Part shown: one piece after another, positions 61,139 through 64,000 of the stretch
How positions within the stretch are numbered: the first letter of the stretch is position 1
How the letters are laid out: each line of letters starts with the position of its first letter
Source: a virus
Lineage: Duplodnaviria; Caudoviricetes
Reading direction: 5' to 3' (one strand)
Length of the DNA stretch: 64,000 nt
Virus record (IMG/VR): IMGVR_UViG_3300043010_000145
The notes under the pieces: model-generated
What the model saw: only the letters and a program-made list of their open reading frames with translations
Database searches by the model: none
Told to the model about the DNA's origin: nothing
Made by a program: the position numbers and the translations under genes

Positions 61139-62677
61139 ATGGCAATACATTTCTACAAAGGACACTTAACAGGCGATTACTTAGATGATGCTCTTTGCGA
61201 TAGGCTCCTTAAAATTCAACAGCTTTCCGAAGAAGGTGTTTCATTTGAAGCATTAAGGCATATCATATATGATTTAACACCAGAGCATATTGCACAAGTC
61301 ATGCAAACCAAAGAACCAATTTCACCCGAAACACTTGCACCCGAAGAAACTGGAACATTGACCTCTTTACAAACCGTTGGTGTTGCCTATATGTATCTTG
61401 CCAAGCGATTACTCTTAGCCGATTCCGTTGGTTTTGGTAAAACTCCGCAAGTTGCTGGTTTAATCAGATATATGCAAGAATTATCCCCAGATAAACAACC
61501 GCCCCGTTTTCTATATTGCACAAAAGCTAGTCTAATCGACAAAGACCACAGCGAGTTAATTCGCTTCACCAACTTACCCGTTCAACTATTACACGGTACA
61601 ACAAGTAAGCTAAAAAAAGAACTTGCTAAAAATCCAGATAGTTCCTATGTTGCACCGCATTCCATTATAAAAAATGCCACATTTCAAGAATGGCTGCTCC
61701 TTCACCCAGATGTTTTCGATATTATTGTTATAGATGAATCTGGTGCAGTTGGAACGGCTGGCACAACAGATTTCACCAAACCCGCTCAGCGAATTTGCAG
61801 TATGTCAGACCGAGTGATTTTGTTAAATGCCACACCATTCGAGTGTCGCTTAGATTCCTTTTGGAGTCAGCTCAATCTTGTAGACCCTACATTATTGCCT
61901 TCCCGTACAGAATTCCGCAGAATGTTCCAGCAGCAAGAATTTGACGGGTACTCTTGGCATTTCGTAGAAAAATACAAAAACCCCGCAGAGTTTAAAGAAG
62001 CAATACAACTTCGCTTTTTATCTCGCAAACGAATTACAACAGGCGGAACTATGACAAACTGTTCCGCAGAACTGATTACCCTAGGTAAGTCTGCTATACA
62101 AAAGAAGCTTGATGCCCTAACTACACAACATCAGCTTGTCTATGATTGTCCGAGCTTGATTGACAAAGATATTGATACCGATGTATCTACAACACCAAAA
62201 CTAGCCAAAACATTGGAACTTGTGCAATCACACCCAGATGAGCCAAGAATTCTAATTTATTGCCCGTATATCGAAGCACAAGCAGCTATACAACAGACTT
62301 TACAGCAATATGGATACAATACTCTTATTTTAAACGGACAAACTAAGCAAGATGACCGCTTAGCCATTACACAGCAGTTTACAAACAATGAAAAGCAAAT
62401 TCTCATAACCAATGTTATGGAGGGTATGAACCTAGGTAATTGCCACATGCTCATTTACTACACCTTATGCCCTAGTGCCAGCAAAATCGTGCAAGTGGAA
62501 GGTCGTATTACTCGTGAGCAAAATATCCAAGACAAACATGTTTATGTTTTAGCTACAAAAGGTAGAGAAATTAGCTATATACATAAAACGATAGCAAACA
62601 GAGCACGAGCTATGCAAGAGTTCCAAGGCAGAGATTTTAGCATGGTGCTTGACTTGTTAGAACAGGCGGGAGTTTAA
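61139..62677 (+). CDS. SNF2-family (SF2) helicase-like ATPase
   Basis: LLADSVGFGKT Walker A, IVIDES, LNATP, EGMNL, QVEGRITR. Confidence 0.85.
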   Translation: MAIHFYKGHLTGDYLDDALCDRLLKIQQLSEEGVSFEALRHIIYDLTPEHIAQVMQTKEPISPETLAPEETGTLTSLQTVGVAYMYLAKRLLLADSVGFGKTPQVAGLIRYMQELSPDKQPPRFLYCTKASLIDKDHSELIRFTNLPVQLLHGTTSKLKKELAKNPDSSYVAPHSIIKNATFQEWLLLHPDVFDIIVIDESGAVGTAGTTDFTKPAQRICSMSDRVILLNATPFECRLDSFWSQLNLVDPTLLPSRTEFRRMFQQQEFDGYSWHFVEKYKNPAEFKEAIQLRFLSRKRITTGGTMTNCSAELITLGKSAIQKKLDALTTQHQLVYDCPSLIDKDIDTDVSTTPKLAKTLELVQSHPDEPRILIYCPYIEAQAAIQQTLQQYGYNTLILNGQTKQDDRLAITQQFTNNEKQILITNVMEGMNLGNCHMLIYYTLCPSASKIVQVEGRITREQNIQDKHVYVLATKGREISYIHKTIANRARAMQEFQGRDFSMVLDLLEQAGV

Positions 62678-62681
62678 TTCT

Positions 62682-64000
62682 ATGGCAACAATTTTACAAT
62701 GGTTACACAAAGATGATGTGTGTACCACAATACAGCTAACCGATGACGGTATGGTGCAGTTCGAGAACCATACATCAGACCCTTTTCTTTGTGCATTTGG
62801 CACATTGCCAAGTCCAGTGGATTTTGGCGAATTTGATGCTTTACTCAAAACAAGATTTTGCCCGAAACGTGGCAAGTATGCCGATTATATGCTTGCTAAA
62901 AATTTAGGCATTGATAAAGCCAAAGTAGGCGAGCAGTTAGTTGATATCAATCATGGTATGGTTATTGATGACTTTTTCTGGTTAAAAGCACCAGAAGAAA
63001 ATCTGACATTTGCACAAGTTCGTTCCAAACTAGGTATATCAGGCAAAAAAACGAGTTGGCAGAATCTATCAACAAAACCACTTCGGACTGACAATTTTTA
63101 TTCTAAGCTGGCTGTTACAACCAAAGCAAGCCAAGTGAAATATGCCAAAAATGGCTGGTTGATTAAAAGAGATACTTATGCTTGCGAGGGCTTGTGCGAA
63201 GCTTTAAATTACTTAATCAGTCGGTATGTCAAGGATTTAGATATTTTAGAGTATCGTTTACTTCCGCAAGAAGTGGAAGGCAGAGGAGTTTGTGCTTCAC
63301 CAATTTTTACAGACAGTAACGATATTGAGATTTTTACACAATGGGATATTATACAAAAGTTTGATTTATATCCTGTTTTGTCTATGTATCAGGATAATGG
63401 TGCAGAATTGCTTGCTCAAACTATTGCTATGACAAGCGATATATTGGGTATCACTACTCACGATTATATTCACCGTATGCTTATGTGGGATGCCCTCACG
63501 ATGAATTTAGACAGACATTACAATAATTGGGGTTTTGGTAGGCGACAAGACGGTACATTTTGCTATATACCATATTATGACCAAGGTTTAACATTACACG
63601 GTTATTCTTTGTTGGGTATACAGAAAGGTGTAAAAGAGTGTGTGTACGATGCTAGACCTCGTATGTATGCAGCCAGTTTTGATGACTTAGCTTTAATGCT
63701 AGATTCTTCTTTAATTTTGCAGATTGACCTTGACGGACTGGTTGGGTGCTTAAAACGGCAGCACAAGAAATTCCGTAAAATTGGCGGGGTTTTATACGAG
63801 GAATATGTTGTACTAGAAAATTTCTTATATAAACGACTTCGTAATACAGAAGGCACGATTTGGAAAGAAAATCCTGAAAAACCGTCCACTGCAAAGTATA
63901 GGAAGTATTTCGAGCAACATGCTGATTCTTTACCAGATAGCTGTGTGCCAGAACAAAGACATCTGTTGGGTACGGACACTTCTAACACATTAGCCGAAGA
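62682..64000 (+). CDS. HipA/CtkA-like kinase (runs off the window end; not in the ORF track)
   Basis: Manual translation MATILQWLHKDD...HGMVIDDFFWLK...WDALTMNLDRHYNNWGF...IPYYDQGLTL; open to 64000. Confidence 0.8.
   Translation, partial: MATILQWLHKDDVCTTIQLTDDGMVQFENHTSDPFLCAFGTLPSPVDFGEFDALLKTRFCPKRGKYADYMLAKNLGIDKAKVGEQLVDINHGMVIDDFFWLKAPEENLTFAQVRSKLGISGKKTSWQNLSTKPLRTDNFYSKLAVTTKASQVKYAKNGWLIKRDTYACEGLCEALNYLISRYVKDLDILEYRLLPQEVEGRGVCASPIFTDSNDIEIFTQWDIIQKFDLYPVLSMYQDNGAELLAQTIAMTSDILGITTHDYIHRMLMWDALTMNLDRHYNNWGFGRRQDGTFCYIPYYDQGLTLHGYSLLGIQKGVKECVYDARPRMYAASFDDLALMLDSSLILQIDLDGLVGCLKRQHKKFRKIGGVLYEEYVVLENFLYKRLRNTEGTIWKENPEKPSTAKYRKYFEQHADSLPDSCVPEQRHLLGTDTSNTLAE

Overview
AT-rich 64 kb stretch with no housekeeping genes, dense in paralogous small ORFs, strong sigma-A promoters, terminators and repeats. 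It most likely belongs to a very large mobile element (megaplasmid, ICE or phage-like) of a Gram-positive (Bacillota) host; this is inference. Coding content: a Hanks-type Ser/Thr kinase, three giant SpaA-repeat surface proteins (the third truncated), an M60/enhancin-like peptidase, two orphan DNA methyltransferases, tRNA-Leu(TAA), families of small acidic proteins, two stand-alone Cas3-type HD domains, two SipW/TasA-like pilin + BspA-like (DUF285) repeat operons, an SNF2-like helicase and a HipA-like kinase. Most striking finding: two copies of a cas-less cassette made of promoter, conserved multi-hairpin RNA (covarying stems, palindromic loops), leader, type I-E-like CRISPR repeat, guide and terminator (7690-8136 and 41463-41856). 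In both, the guide matches a diverged allele of the neighbouring gene and the self-match is preceded by the same 5'-AAT PAM. Also seen: a family of promoter-sRNA-terminator cassettes carrying anti-RBS/anti-AUG segments, long fold-back repeats with a mobile hairpin module, 17-bp periodic arrays, apparent GATC avoidance and a strand-polarised GGGTAT motif. All counts and alignments were made by eye.
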